64,000 nucleotides of DNA. It comes from an archaeon. GTDB lineage: Archaea > Iainarchaeota > Iainarchaeia > Iainarchaeales > JAAZKV01. Positions 20,278 to 29,373 of the stretch are shown piece by piece. How positions within the stretch are numbered: position 1 is the first letter of the stretch; every line of letters starts with the position of its first letter. Location of the stretch: assembly GCA_041653195.1 (NCBI GenBank), contig JBAZFU010000001.1, forward strand, positions 70,545 through 134,544, read 5' to 3'. Both the position numbers and the translations under genes were made by a program. Under the pieces are notes generated by a model that worked only from the letters and a program-made list of their open reading frames with translations, searched no databases and was not told where the DNA came from.

Positions 20278-20709
20278 ATGAAAAAAGGGCAGGTCAGCAT
20301 GGATTTCATGATTGCGGCGTTAATCGCAATAATTACAATCGGTTCCTTCCTAATAGTTGTTGAAAATTTTCGCGACGATTACGAAAAAATGTTTGTACAA
20401 AATCAACTCAAACAAATTTCTTCCAAAATAAGCTCTTTTGCAACCTCTTCCCAGGGAATGAATGGAACACAATTCAGAGTTGAAACACGACTTCCAAAAG
20501 TAATCTACAAAAACAGCACAATTCTTCCAACAATAAAATTTAATGACGCGCACACAAACGTGGACGTTAATGTTACAATAACAACCGCTTCCTCGGAAGG
20601 TTCAAAAAGCGAAATTCTAAGTTCAACAGCGTATTTCACAATTCCAGAAAACGCTAACATTGACATAAATCAACAAACATACCAATGGGTGGTAATAACA
20701 CGTGAATAA
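20278..20709 (+). CDS. class III signal-peptide (pilin-like) protein
   Basis: Internal ATG 20278; MKKGQVSMDFMIAALIAIITIGSFLIVV. Confidence 0.55.
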   Translation: MKKGQVSMDFMIAALIAIITIGSFLIVVENFRDDYEKMFVQNQLKQISSKISSFATSSQGMNGTQFRVETRLPKVIYKNSTILPTIKFNDAHTNVDVNVTITTASSEGSKSEILSSTAYFTIPENANIDINQQTYQWVVITRE

Positions 20710-21748
20710 AGGACAAATAACTACGATTGACTTCCTAATTTCAATGGCCCTTGTAATTTTCTGCGTTGGGGCAATAATGGGTTTTGCAGAACTTCAAACC
20801 TACAAAATAAAATCCGAAATAAAAGAAAACGCTCTCGTGGAAAAAGCGGACGCCGCACTCATAGTTCTTGCAAGCGGGACTGAGACGGGCTGCCTTTTGG
20901 GCGATCATAATCTTGCATATTCTTTCAATACAAGCGTTGCGAATATGAGCGACGCGGAATTAAAAAAAATATTTGGAATAGGCGCAAACGAAGATTATAA
21001 TCTCGAACTTAAAGTTGGAGAAACCACAATAATTAGCGAACAATTGAACGGAAAAAATATTATTGCGACCGATATAAACCTGCTCGTCTGCAATAATCCA
21101 AATATAAGCGGGCCAATAAGTCTTTGGCGCCTAAACAATAACACAAACGACAGCAATATCCAAACAATGAACAATCTGTTAAGCAACACTGCGAATTGGG
21201 TTACTGGAAAAGACGGCAACGCGTTAAAGTTCAATGGCGCAAACGATTATGCTGAAAAACCCAATGCATCAAAGTTGCCTCTTGGCAATGGCGCAAGAAC
21301 AATTGCACTGTGGATAAAACCAAAAATAGTTGGAACTGACCAAGGGATTATAGGCTACGGCAACAGCGGCGAAGTTTTTGCAATAATAATAAGCGCGAAT
21401 AAATGGGCACTCTTCACAGGCACAAATACTTCAACATTTGGCAACCCGATAATTACCGAAAAATGGTATCAGATTGTTTTAACATACGGGGGCGGGAACG
21501 ATGTGAACACATATGTTAACGGAGAATTTAAACAAACTGTTTCTCTCGGCGGCATTCCATTGAACACTGCCAACTCCAATTTGACAATTGGGAGATTTAC
21601 TACAAGCACTGACAAATATTTCAACGGAACACTAGACGAAATCAGCATTTGGAGCAGGGCTCTAAGCCAAGAAGAAATAAGGACACTTTATCTTGCAAAT
21701 TTGTACGAAGTAACGCGCGAAAAGGCAGTTTTAAAGGTGAGCGGATGA
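20702..21748 (+). CDS. pilin-like protein with C-terminal LamG/concanavalin-A-like lectin domain
   Basis: 348 aa; MNKGQITTIDFLISMALVIFCVGAIMGF; LamG signatures (LWRLNNNTND, NGANDYAEKPNASKLPLGNGARTIALWIKP, YQIVLTYGGGNDVNTYVNGEF, NGTLDEISIWSRALSQEEI). Confidence 0.7.
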   Translation: MNKGQITTIDFLISMALVIFCVGAIMGFAELQTYKIKSEIKENALVEKADAALIVLASGTETGCLLGDHNLAYSFNTSVANMSDAELKKIFGIGANEDYNLELKVGETTIISEQLNGKNIIATDINLLVCNNPNISGPISLWRLNNNTNDSNIQTMNNLLSNTANWVTGKDGNALKFNGANDYAEKPNASKLPLGNGARTIALWIKPKIVGTDQGIIGYGNSGEVFAIIISANKWALFTGTNTSTFGNPIITEKWYQIVLTYGGGNDVNTYVNGEFKQTVSLGGIPLNTANSNLTIGRFTTSTDKYFNGTLDEISIWSRALSQEEIRTLYLANLYEVTREKAVLKVSG

Positions 21749-22029
21749 AAAAAAACTGCGGATTCATATTTTCAGCAGAAGCACTGATTTCGATAGCATT
21801 GCTTATTGTAGCAGCAACAATCATAATCAATGCTTCGCAAAGCGCCGATAACTACCAGAAAAACTTTTTCAAACAGCGCGCCGAAAACGATGCTGCAATG
21901 GGAGTTTATTTCAATGATTCTAACAAAATTCCAACAGGTTTAGAGAATAATATTTCCTGCAAAAAAATCACCGATTACAATTCAGATGCAAAAGTTTTTG
22001 AAAAAGAATTTTGTGAGGGTGCGCAATGA
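21745..22029 (+). CDS. pilin-like small protein (class III signal peptide-like N-terminus)
   Basis: ATG 21745 overlapping the stop of the LamG pilin (ATGA); MKKNCGFIFSAEALISIALLIVAATIII. Confidence 0.5.
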   Translation: MKKNCGFIFSAEALISIALLIVAATIIINASQSADNYQKNFFKQRAENDAAMGVYFNDSNKIPTGLENNISCKKITDYNSDAKVFEKEFCEGAQ

Positions 22030-22427
22030 AAAAAAACTTTAACAGGGGCTTCGCATCAGTACTCGCAATACTGGCAGTGTTCACCGTTGCAATAATCTTA
22101 TTGAATCGGAGTTATCAGGAAACAAGTTCGCCAGATTTCAAAGGCAACTTTTCCGAAACAGCACTCTTCCTAACGACCTACGAGCTTAGCATTGAACGGG
22201 CAATCTCAGACTGCGACCCAATCAGAAATACTAACACTTGTTTAACAGACTATAATGATCAAATAATCGCCTCAAGCGCGCCAAAAAATACTCATTGCCG
22301 AACATTTTTCTCAGATGAAGCGAACAACAGAATCCGAATAATACTTGACTGCACTACACTCGTCGAAGACGACAAATCAATAGTTTTTAGAAATCAATTC
22401 AGAAAAACGTTTTTCATAACCAGATAG
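22026..22427 (+). CDS. pilin-like small protein
   Basis: 133 aa; MKKNFNRGFASVLAILAVFTVAIILL; ATGA overlap with previous gene. Confidence 0.5.
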   Translation: MKKNFNRGFASVLAILAVFTVAIILLNRSYQETSSPDFKGNFSETALFLTTYELSIERAISDCDPIRNTNTCLTDYNDQIIASSAPKNTHCRTFFSDEANNRIRIILDCTTLVEDDKSIVFRNQFRKTFFITR

Positions 22428-22467
22428 GCTGAATAAAAAAAAACAGACAATTTTAGTTATTTTAATA

Positions 22468-22479
22468 GTTTTAAAACAC
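22468..22479 (+). promoter_or_regulatory. TATA-box-like element upstream of ABCE1 (leaderless spacing)
   Basis: AGTTTTAAAACA centred about 26 nt before ATG 22500. Confidence 0.3.
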
Positions 22480-22499
22480 TTTTCCTTCGTGTTTAGTTT

Positions 22500-24257
22500 A
22501 TGAACTCGAAAAAAAGGATTGCTGCAATCGATTACGATAAATGCAACCATGAGAAGTGCGGCAATTATTTGTGCGAAAAACTCTGCCCTGTGAACCGCAC
22601 CGGAAAAAAATGCATAACTTACGAAAAAGGAGAAAAACCAAAAATTTCGGAAGAATTATGCATAGGCTGTGAAATTTGCCAAAACAGGTGCCCCTTCGAA
22701 GCAATAAGCATAGTCAACATAAACTTTGATTTGGGCGAACCGACACATTCATTCGGCGAGAACAATTTCAGGCTCCACGGCTTGCCTCTTCCAAAAGAAA
22801 AAAATGTGATGGGGCTTGTTGGAAGAAACGGAATTGGAAAAACCACTTCGCTAAAAATCCTTTCAGGAGAAATAATTCCAAATTTTGGAGATGAAGAGAC
22901 TGAAAAGGAAAAAGTGATAATGCATTATAAGGGGAAGGATGCTCAAAAATTTTTTAAAAAACTTTACTCTGAAAAAGGGTTCACAACGGCAGTTAAACCC
23001 CAAAACATAGAAAAAATAAAAACAAGCGGAAAAGTAATCGACCTTTTAAAAAAAATTGCGCCGGAAGAAAAAGTCCGCGAAACGGCGAAAAAACTAAAAA
23101 TTGAAGAAATACTTGAAAGAGATTCAAGCAGCCTTTCGGGCGGAGAATTTCAAAAGATAGCTATTGCCGCAACAGGACTCAAAGAAGCGAACCTTTACTT
23201 CTTCGACGAACCAACTTCCTTTTTAGATATTCGAGAAAGATTAAGGGTTGCAGAATACATAAGAAAATTAGCAGAAAAATCAGAAGTAATAGTTGTTGAA
23301 CACGACTTGATACTGCTCGATTATCTAAGCGATTACATTTATCTCATGTACGGAAAACCCGGCGTCTACGGATTTATCTCCCAATTGAAAACAACAAGAG
23401 AGGGAATAAATTCCTACCTTGAAGGTTACTCAAAAGAGGAAAATTATCGCTTCAGAGGATATGAAATAAATTTTTTCGGACACGGCGGAGAAGAAAGAAA
23501 GAAAAGCGGTGAAACTATTATAAGCTGGCCCACCATCGAAAAAAAACTTGGAAACTTCAAATTAAAAGTAAAAGAAAACTCTGTGAAAAAAAACGAAGTA
23601 ATAGGAATAGTCGGACCAAACGGAATAGGAAAAACAACGCTGATGAAAATTTTAGCGGGCGAACTAAGCCCCGATAACACTTCGCTTGAAACAAGGGTAA
23701 AAATATCCTACAAACCGCAATATCTGTCATATTCAGGAGAAAAAAAAGTTGCCGATTTATTTGAGAATGCAGATTTTGAAAAAGTGCGGGCGGAACTATT
23801 AAAACCACTTGAACTCGAATCTTTGCTTGAAAAAAAAGCGAAAAATCTTTCCGGCGGAGAGACGCAACGGCTCTCAATCGCGCTTTGCCTAAACAAAAAA
23901 GCCGACATATACCTGCTCGACGAGCCGTCAGCATACCTTGACATCGAACAAAGACTATCCGTCGCAAAAGTAATCAAAACCCAAATGGATGTAAAAGACT
24001 GTTCAGCAATTGTAATTGATCACGACCTGACATTCATTGATTACATAAGCGACAAGCTAATTGTTTTCACAGGAGAACCATCCATAGAGGGAATGGCAGA
24101 CGGCCCATTTTCCATGCGTGAAGGAATGAACAAACTACTGACCTATTTGGGAATAACCGTTAGACGGGACAAAGACACTAAAAGACCCAGAATAAACAAA
24201 ATCGGTTCGGTGCTGGATAGGGAACAGAAACAAAAAGGCGAATACTATTACGCATAA
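22500..24257 (+). CDS. abcE1: ABCE1 (RNase L inhibitor) ribosome-recycling ATPase
   Basis: 585 aa; N-terminal 2x[4Fe-4S] ferredoxin cysteines (CNHEKCGNYLCEKLCP, CIGCEICQNRCP); two ABC domains (GRNGIGKTT / GPNGIGKTT; LSGGE signatures). Confidence 0.9.
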   Translation: MNSKKRIAAIDYDKCNHEKCGNYLCEKLCPVNRTGKKCITYEKGEKPKISEELCIGCEICQNRCPFEAISIVNINFDLGEPTHSFGENNFRLHGLPLPKEKNVMGLVGRNGIGKTTSLKILSGEIIPNFGDEETEKEKVIMHYKGKDAQKFFKKLYSEKGFTTAVKPQNIEKIKTSGKVIDLLKKIAPEEKVRETAKKLKIEEILERDSSSLSGGEFQKIAIAATGLKEANLYFFDEPTSFLDIRERLRVAEYIRKLAEKSEVIVVEHDLILLDYLSDYIYLMYGKPGVYGFISQLKTTREGINSYLEGYSKEENYRFRGYEINFFGHGGEERKKSGETIISWPTIEKKLGNFKLKVKENSVKKNEVIGIVGPNGIGKTTLMKILAGELSPDNTSLETRVKISYKPQYLSYSGEKKVADLFENADFEKVRAELLKPLELESLLEKKAKNLSGGETQRLSIALCLNKKADIYLLDEPSAYLDIEQRLSVAKVIKTQMDVKDCSAIVIDHDLTFIDYISDKLIVFTGEPSIEGMADGPFSMREGMNKLLTYLGITVRRDKDTKRPRINKIGSVLDREQKQKGEYYYA

Positions 24258-24287
24258 AATGAATCGACAACGGGAAAAAAATAATGC

Positions 24288-24686
24288 CTACGAAAAAAGC
24301 GCTCTTCTGGAGGAAGGCGCTAACATTCCAGGCTTTATTTTTTTCATGAAAAAATATTTGAACTCCGAATGCTCATCACCCACCAAAACTTTTCCTTTTA
24401 TCTTGCATGAAAATACCATCAACAAAAACTTTCCCTTTGCCCCGTTAAAAGTGACAGCATAGGGCGCTACTTTTTCAAGCCTCAAGGCGAAACACTTGCA
24501 ACAAATTTCTTCCAAAATTTCTCTTGTAATAGCACTGTTAAAATCCTCCCCGAATTCAACTTTTCCGCCCGGAAGCTGCCACTTTCCGACAAAATTTTTG
24601 TTATTTTTGCTGCGTTTCAAAAGAAGAATTTTTCCGCGCGAATCCTTTATTATCGCTTCAACCAGAGCTATTTTTCTGCTGACCAT
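24288..24686 (-). CDS. NUDIX hydrolase
   Basis: Start moved to the internal ATG at 24686; Nudix box GGKVEFGEDFNSAITREILEEI. Confidence 0.65.
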   Translation of the reverse strand: MVSRKIALVEAIIKDSRGKILLLKRSKNNKNFVGKWQLPGGKVEFGEDFNSAITREILEEICCKCFALRLEKVAPYAVTFNGAKGKFLLMVFSCKIKGKVLVGDEHSEFKYFFMKKIKPGMLAPSSRRALFS

Positions 24687-24737
24687 TGAAATAGATAAGC
24701 TGAAAGGCTTTATAACTTTTTTTGAGACAATTAAATT

Positions 24738-25772
24738 ATGCGAATAATAAAAATAGACCAGAAAAACGGCGAAATAAGGGTTATTCCACAAACCATGGAT
24801 GACCTCTGGCACTTGGAAAAAATAATTGAGAAAGGCGACATCGCAATTGGAAAAACCGACAGAAAAATAAAACCTAAAAACGAGGGCGAAAAAGCGGAGA
24901 GAAAAACAATCTTCGTCGAAATACTTATCGAAGAGGTTCGATTCCAAGAATTCAGCGAAAACTTAAAAATAAACGGAATAATAATTGCAGGAAAACCGGA
25001 AGAACTAATAGAACTAAAAAGTTACCAAAGCCTCGACATAAAACCCGGGGACTTCGTAACTATAAGAAAAAAATCTCTAAAAAAATGGCACATTGAAAGA
25101 CTTTTTAGCGCGGAAAGGGCGAGTGCTGAAGCAACCCTTCTTGTTGCACTAATGGACGATGAAGAATGCGAACTCGCATTCGTAAACCAGTTTTCACTAA
25201 ACATAAAAGCGAAAATACTTTCAAAAAAACAGGGAAAAATGTTCAAAGAAGAAAAAAGCCCCTACTTCGAAGAAGTACTCGCCAAAATAATCGACCTAAA
25301 ACCAAAAAAAATTTTGATCGCGGGACCGGGCTTCACCAGAGACAATTTTAGAAAGTTCATCGAAAACAAAAAAATAAAAAATGCCCCGAAAATATTTGTG
25401 GAAAGCACAAACTCCATAGGCGAACCGGGTTTCAGAGAACTGCTCGCAAGCGGAAAAATAGCTGCACTTGAAAAAGAACTGCAAATTGCAATCGAAACAA
25501 AACTGATCGAAGAATTTCTTGAAAAAATTTCAAAAGGGCTTGCGGAATATGGGCCGGAAAAAGTGCAGGAAATGCTAAAAATTGGCGCTGCCGAAAAAAT
25601 GCTTATCAGTGAAAAATATTTACTGGAAAATAGAAAAAAATGCGAAAATTTGATGGACGCTGCGGAAAAAAATGGAAGCGAAATTCATATAATATCCTCA
25701 AAAAATCCGAATGAAAAGCAAATACACGGATTCGGAGGAATCGTTGTCACCCTCAGATACAAAATGGAATAG
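24738..25772 (+). CDS. pelA: Pelota/Dom34 mRNA surveillance protein
   Basis: 344 aa; MRIIKIDQKNGEIRVIPQTMDDLWHLEKII N-terminus typical of archaeal Pelota; eRF1-like domains 2/3. Confidence 0.85.
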   Translation: MRIIKIDQKNGEIRVIPQTMDDLWHLEKIIEKGDIAIGKTDRKIKPKNEGEKAERKTIFVEILIEEVRFQEFSENLKINGIIIAGKPEELIELKSYQSLDIKPGDFVTIRKKSLKKWHIERLFSAERASAEATLLVALMDDEECELAFVNQFSLNIKAKILSKKQGKMFKEEKSPYFEEVLAKIIDLKPKKILIAGPGFTRDNFRKFIENKKIKNAPKIFVESTNSIGEPGFRELLASGKIAALEKELQIAIETKLIEEFLEKISKGLAEYGPEKVQEMLKIGAAEKMLISEKYLLENRKKCENLMDAAEKNGSEIHIISSKNPNEKQIHGFGGIVVTLRYKME

Positions 25773-25792
25773 CAAGAAAGAAAACTCGCAAA

Positions 25793-26152
25793 CTAAAAAG
25801 TTCTAATCCCGTCGCCGGCAATAACAATAAACTCATACTTTGCGTCCGCGTCTTTTAATGCGGCCAAAAGAGCAAGATGCTCTTTTCCGGAACCGGAAAT
25901 AATTGAAACTTTTATATTTCCTTTTGGAAGATTTTTTTTAATCTCCTCTTTTATAACATCAAAACCTGCCCTGTTGTTAACCATTACCCAGTTGGCCTGC
26001 TTATCGGTTTTAAAATTTTCTTTACCCCACTCATTCGAAATCAAAACAACTTCTTCAAATTGCTTTTCATCAATAAGACGCTTGACATGCCCCCATGTGC
26101 CTTTTCCGATTCCCAAAACCGCTATTAAAGAGTCACCCATAAAAATCAACAA
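25793..26152 (-). CDS. hypothetical Rossmann-like small protein
   Basis: 119 aa; glycine-rich GxGxG-like start (LGIGKGTWGH); no confident family. Confidence 0.35.
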   Translation of the reverse strand: MLIFMGDSLIAVLGIGKGTWGHVKRLIDEKQFEEVVLISNEWGKENFKTDKQANWVMVNNRAGFDVIKEEIKKNLPKGNIKVSIISGSGKEHLALLAALKDADAKYEFIVIAGDGIRTF

Positions 26153-26278
26153 ATCTTTTCAAATTCAACCCGATTCACGCAAAAATTTTTGAACCCGACA
26201 AAAATTATTGAAAAAATAACAATTAAAAAACAACCGCAAAAAAAAGTAATTTATACATAACTGTTTTTTGTTGAAATG

Positions 26279-27874
26279 TCAAACTAATTTCTTCGAAACA
26301 TAATGCCCGTCATTTTTGTAACCAAAATTTTTCCTATAATACTCCTTAACCCCCAAACCTGAAATGACCACTATTTTGTTAGAATCAAATCTTTCTTTGG
26401 CGATTTTTTCAGCTTCGAACATTAATTTTTTTCCAACTCCGCGATGTTGCGTACTTTTATCGCTTCTTTTTCCCAGAGGAAGAGCTTTTCCATAGACATG
26501 CAATTCGCGAACCAAGGCTGTTTTTGATCCAATTTCTTTTCTAAACGGCTCAAATGGTTTTCTAAGCCGAATAAATCCGAATAAATCATTTTTTGATTCA
26601 AATGAAACAAAAGCCTCTTCTCCTTTGCTTGCCCCGTAAAATTCCGCTTTTATTTTTGCATCCGAAAAATTTGTTTTCCCATCCCGCTGCCTCAGGCCGG
26701 CCTCTCTGCAACGAATGCAATTGCATTTCATTCCGTGCGCACGAAGTTCCTCCTGCACAAGCTGCCTCAAATTAGTTTTACTAACTCCTGCTGAAATAAT
26801 GTTTCCGGGAATATCTCGATTAACGCGCATAACTCTTACCCAATTTGGAAGCTCTGATTTTAGTTGAGCCAGAAGCTTAGCCGCTTCAGTTTCTTCCATC
26901 GGAGAAAAATTTCCCCCCTTCCAATCATCATACAATTTTGTCCCTTTAATTACAAGACACGGATAAAATTTTACCATATCCGGCTTAAACCCATCCTCGG
27001 AAAATATTTTTCGAAAATTTTTTAGATCACGAGAATAACTGCTGCCAGGCAAACCCGGCATTAAATGATAAAGGACCTTGAAGGCAGAATCCTTCAGCAT
27101 GCGCGTAGACTCCACAACATCAGAAACCGAGTGGCCGCGATTAATTTTTTTATAAATTTCATCATCAGGGTTTTGAACGCCCAACTCAACACGCGTCCCG
27201 CCAAGAGAAAGCATCCTGTCAATTTCGTCTTTTCCGCACAAATCGGGCCTGGTTTCAAAGGTAATTCCAATCACTCTGCGTTTAGAAGTTTCAGCTTTTC
27301 GAAAAGAATCTGAAATATTTTTTGACTTTGAACCAAAAACCGCATCAACTGACTTTTTCACAACAGAAGTTTGTGCAGTTTTTGGCATCGCGGTAAAAGA
27401 ACTTCCTTGAAAAATCAACTCGATTTTTTCGGCAAAATTGCCAGTGGCATCAAGCTGCTGAATCCTATTCGAAACAATTTTGTAAGGATCATAATTGAGG
27501 CGTTGCGCACGCAAAGCACTGGGTTCAAATCCGGTATAAGACTTCGGAGATTCCCTGCCACCTAATGATGAAGGACAATAAGAACATTTTCCCGGACAGG
27601 GAAAGGGCTTAAGCATCACAGCCACTACCTGCACTCCTGAAAGGGCCCTGGTCGGTTTTATTGAAAGCAAAGAAAGCACTTTTTTTGAAGGCTTTTTTGA
27701 ACAAGAAAGCACAAAAGGGTTTGACGGCATCTCGCTTAATCCCAGACACTTGCTCCAAAAGAACCTTCTCAATGCGAGCTGGCGATGAGAAGAAATTTTT
27801 CCTGAACCGATTTCCCTCAAAATTTTTTTCGCAAAAACTCTGTCCCTATCTGAATTTGTTTTTTTGAAACCCAT
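26279..27874 (-). CDS. elp3: Elp3-like tRNA uridine(34) carboxymethyl/acetyltransferase (radical SAM + GNAT)
   Basis: 531 aa; radical-SAM CPGKCSYCPS; C-terminal GNAT motif QHRGVGKKLMFEAEKIA. Confidence 0.85.
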   Translation of the reverse strand: MGFKKTNSDRDRVFAKKILREIGSGKISSHRQLALRRFFWSKCLGLSEMPSNPFVLSCSKKPSKKVLSLLSIKPTRALSGVQVVAVMLKPFPCPGKCSYCPSSLGGRESPKSYTGFEPSALRAQRLNYDPYKIVSNRIQQLDATGNFAEKIELIFQGSSFTAMPKTAQTSVVKKSVDAVFGSKSKNISDSFRKAETSKRRVIGITFETRPDLCGKDEIDRMLSLGGTRVELGVQNPDDEIYKKINRGHSVSDVVESTRMLKDSAFKVLYHLMPGLPGSSYSRDLKNFRKIFSEDGFKPDMVKFYPCLVIKGTKLYDDWKGGNFSPMEETEAAKLLAQLKSELPNWVRVMRVNRDIPGNIISAGVSKTNLRQLVQEELRAHGMKCNCIRCREAGLRQRDGKTNFSDAKIKAEFYGASKGEEAFVSFESKNDLFGFIRLRKPFEPFRKEIGSKTALVRELHVYGKALPLGKRSDKSTQHRGVGKKLMFEAEKIAKERFDSNKIVVISGLGVKEYYRKNFGYKNDGHYVSKKLV

Positions 27875-27898
27875 AAAAATTAGTTTGAATAAATGTAA

Positions 27899-28681
27899 TT
27901 AAAAAAGCAAGGAAAGCAAACTATTCAAAAGATAACTTGGAAAAAGCGAAAAAGAATAAAAAGGAAGCCCATAAAAAGCAGAATTAAATTTGCTGAAAAT
28001 TGTAGGCAAAACATTTATCGAAGAATTAAACACACTTGATTTGTTGGAATAATCCACAATAAAATCAAACTGCCTTTTGCCCTGAACGGGCGCGTTAACT
28101 AAAAGCAACTCTATCTTCGAAGACCTTTTTGGGACCAAAACATCTGCTTTAGAAAACCATTCCTTTGAAAGTGAAGAAGACACCGAAAAAACAGCGTCAA
28201 CATCAGACTTGTTAACAAAAACAAATTCATAACCGGCTGGAGAATTTGCATAAGTTGTTTTTGAAAACCCATTCATCGAAGTCGAAAGTAATTCATTTTC
28301 AACCAAAAAATAAACATTCGCAATGTCTTTTTCGCCGGAAGAACCTGCTTTTAAAAATTCTATTGAAAGCGCGTTCCTCCAATTAACCTCTTCCTTCGGG
28401 ACAGTTATGAAAATTTTAAATGCCTCCAATTCCTCCGTTACAACAAAAGAATATTCTTCCGGGAGCGCGGTCAACAAATTAACTTCCGAATATTTGCCAT
28501 TCTCTTTTGAAAAAATAAGCTCAAGAGTGCCGCCCGGATAAACTTTTCCAACTAAATCATCCCCTTCAAGGACCTTCGACTCCGGTTCAATAAGCCTAAC
28601 GGCGAAAACATTGGAAGCCGCCAAAATCACAAAGAGAAAAACCGAAAACAGCGCAAGAGACTTTTTAAACATTACAACCAC
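27899..28681 (-). CDS. secreted/membrane-anchored hypothetical protein
   Basis: 260 aa; N-terminal signal peptide/TM and C-terminal hydrophobic segment. Confidence 0.45.
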   Translation of the reverse strand: MVVMFKKSLALFSVFLFVILAASNVFAVRLIEPESKVLEGDDLVGKVYPGGTLELIFSKENGKYSEVNLLTALPEEYSFVVTEELEAFKIFITVPKEEVNWRNALSIEFLKAGSSGEKDIANVYFLVENELLSTSMNGFSKTTYANSPAGYEFVFVNKSDVDAVFSVSSSLSKEWFSKADVLVPKRSSKIELLLVNAPVQGKRQFDFIVDYSNKSSVFNSSINVLPTIFSKFNSAFYGLPFYSFSLFPSYLLNSLLSLLF

Positions 28682-28723
28682 TTATTTGAATAATTAACAG
28701 CTAATAATAAAAAGGTTGGTTTT

Positions 28724-29323
28724 ATGAAAAACGCTGGCGAAGAAAGCAGATTCAAAATGACAAAAACACATCACCGAGAAACCTTCGAAAAGTCTCTAAG
28801 GGAAGGAAAAATGGACAAGGACTTCATCCCCCTCTGCAAGTACGTTGCAAAAACAAAAAACTATTTCACATCAAGCGGATGCGCAGGAAGAATCGCCCTT
28901 GTCGCTCTCGACGAGGAAGAAACAAAAAAAGAAAGCGCGTTCTATAGGAAATGGCACAGAAAAGTAAGTGAAAAAGAAGTAATTGAGGCGGTAAAAAAAT
29001 TTGAAGGAAAAATTCTGTGGTTCAAGCAGGAACCGCTGATACTGCATATCGGTGCAGGAACTCTTGAAAATGCGAAAAAAATATTGTCTGCATCGGAACG
29101 GGCGGGAATAAAACGAGCCGGAATAAAAGTCGCAAAAGAGGGAAAATTTATTATTGAAATGGTCGGCACACAAAACATAAATGCACCAATAAAAGAAAAC
29201 GGAAAAATGCTTGCAAACGAAGAGTTTTTGAAATACCTGGTGAAAAAAGCAAACCAAAAGTTTTTGAAAAATCTTGAAACCATTAAAAAATTCGAAAAAG
29301 AATTTAAAAAAAATTTAAAATAA
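28724..29323 (+). CDS. taw3: TYW3/Taw3-like tRNA wyosine-derivative methyltransferase
   Basis: 199 aa; SSGCAGRI motif resembling the TYW3 S(S/G)C(S/A)GR signature; true start may be an internal Met. Confidence 0.5.
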   Translation: MKNAGEESRFKMTKTHHRETFEKSLREGKMDKDFIPLCKYVAKTKNYFTSSGCAGRIALVALDEEETKKESAFYRKWHRKVSEKEVIEAVKKFEGKILWFKQEPLILHIGAGTLENAKKILSASERAGIKRAGIKVAKEGKFIIEMVGTQNINAPIKENGKMLANEEFLKYLVKKANQKFLKNLETIKKFEKEFKKNLK

Positions 29324-29373
29324 TCAAAAAATGCACGCGATTTATTCAATGCCAAAAAAATATTTGAAAAAAA

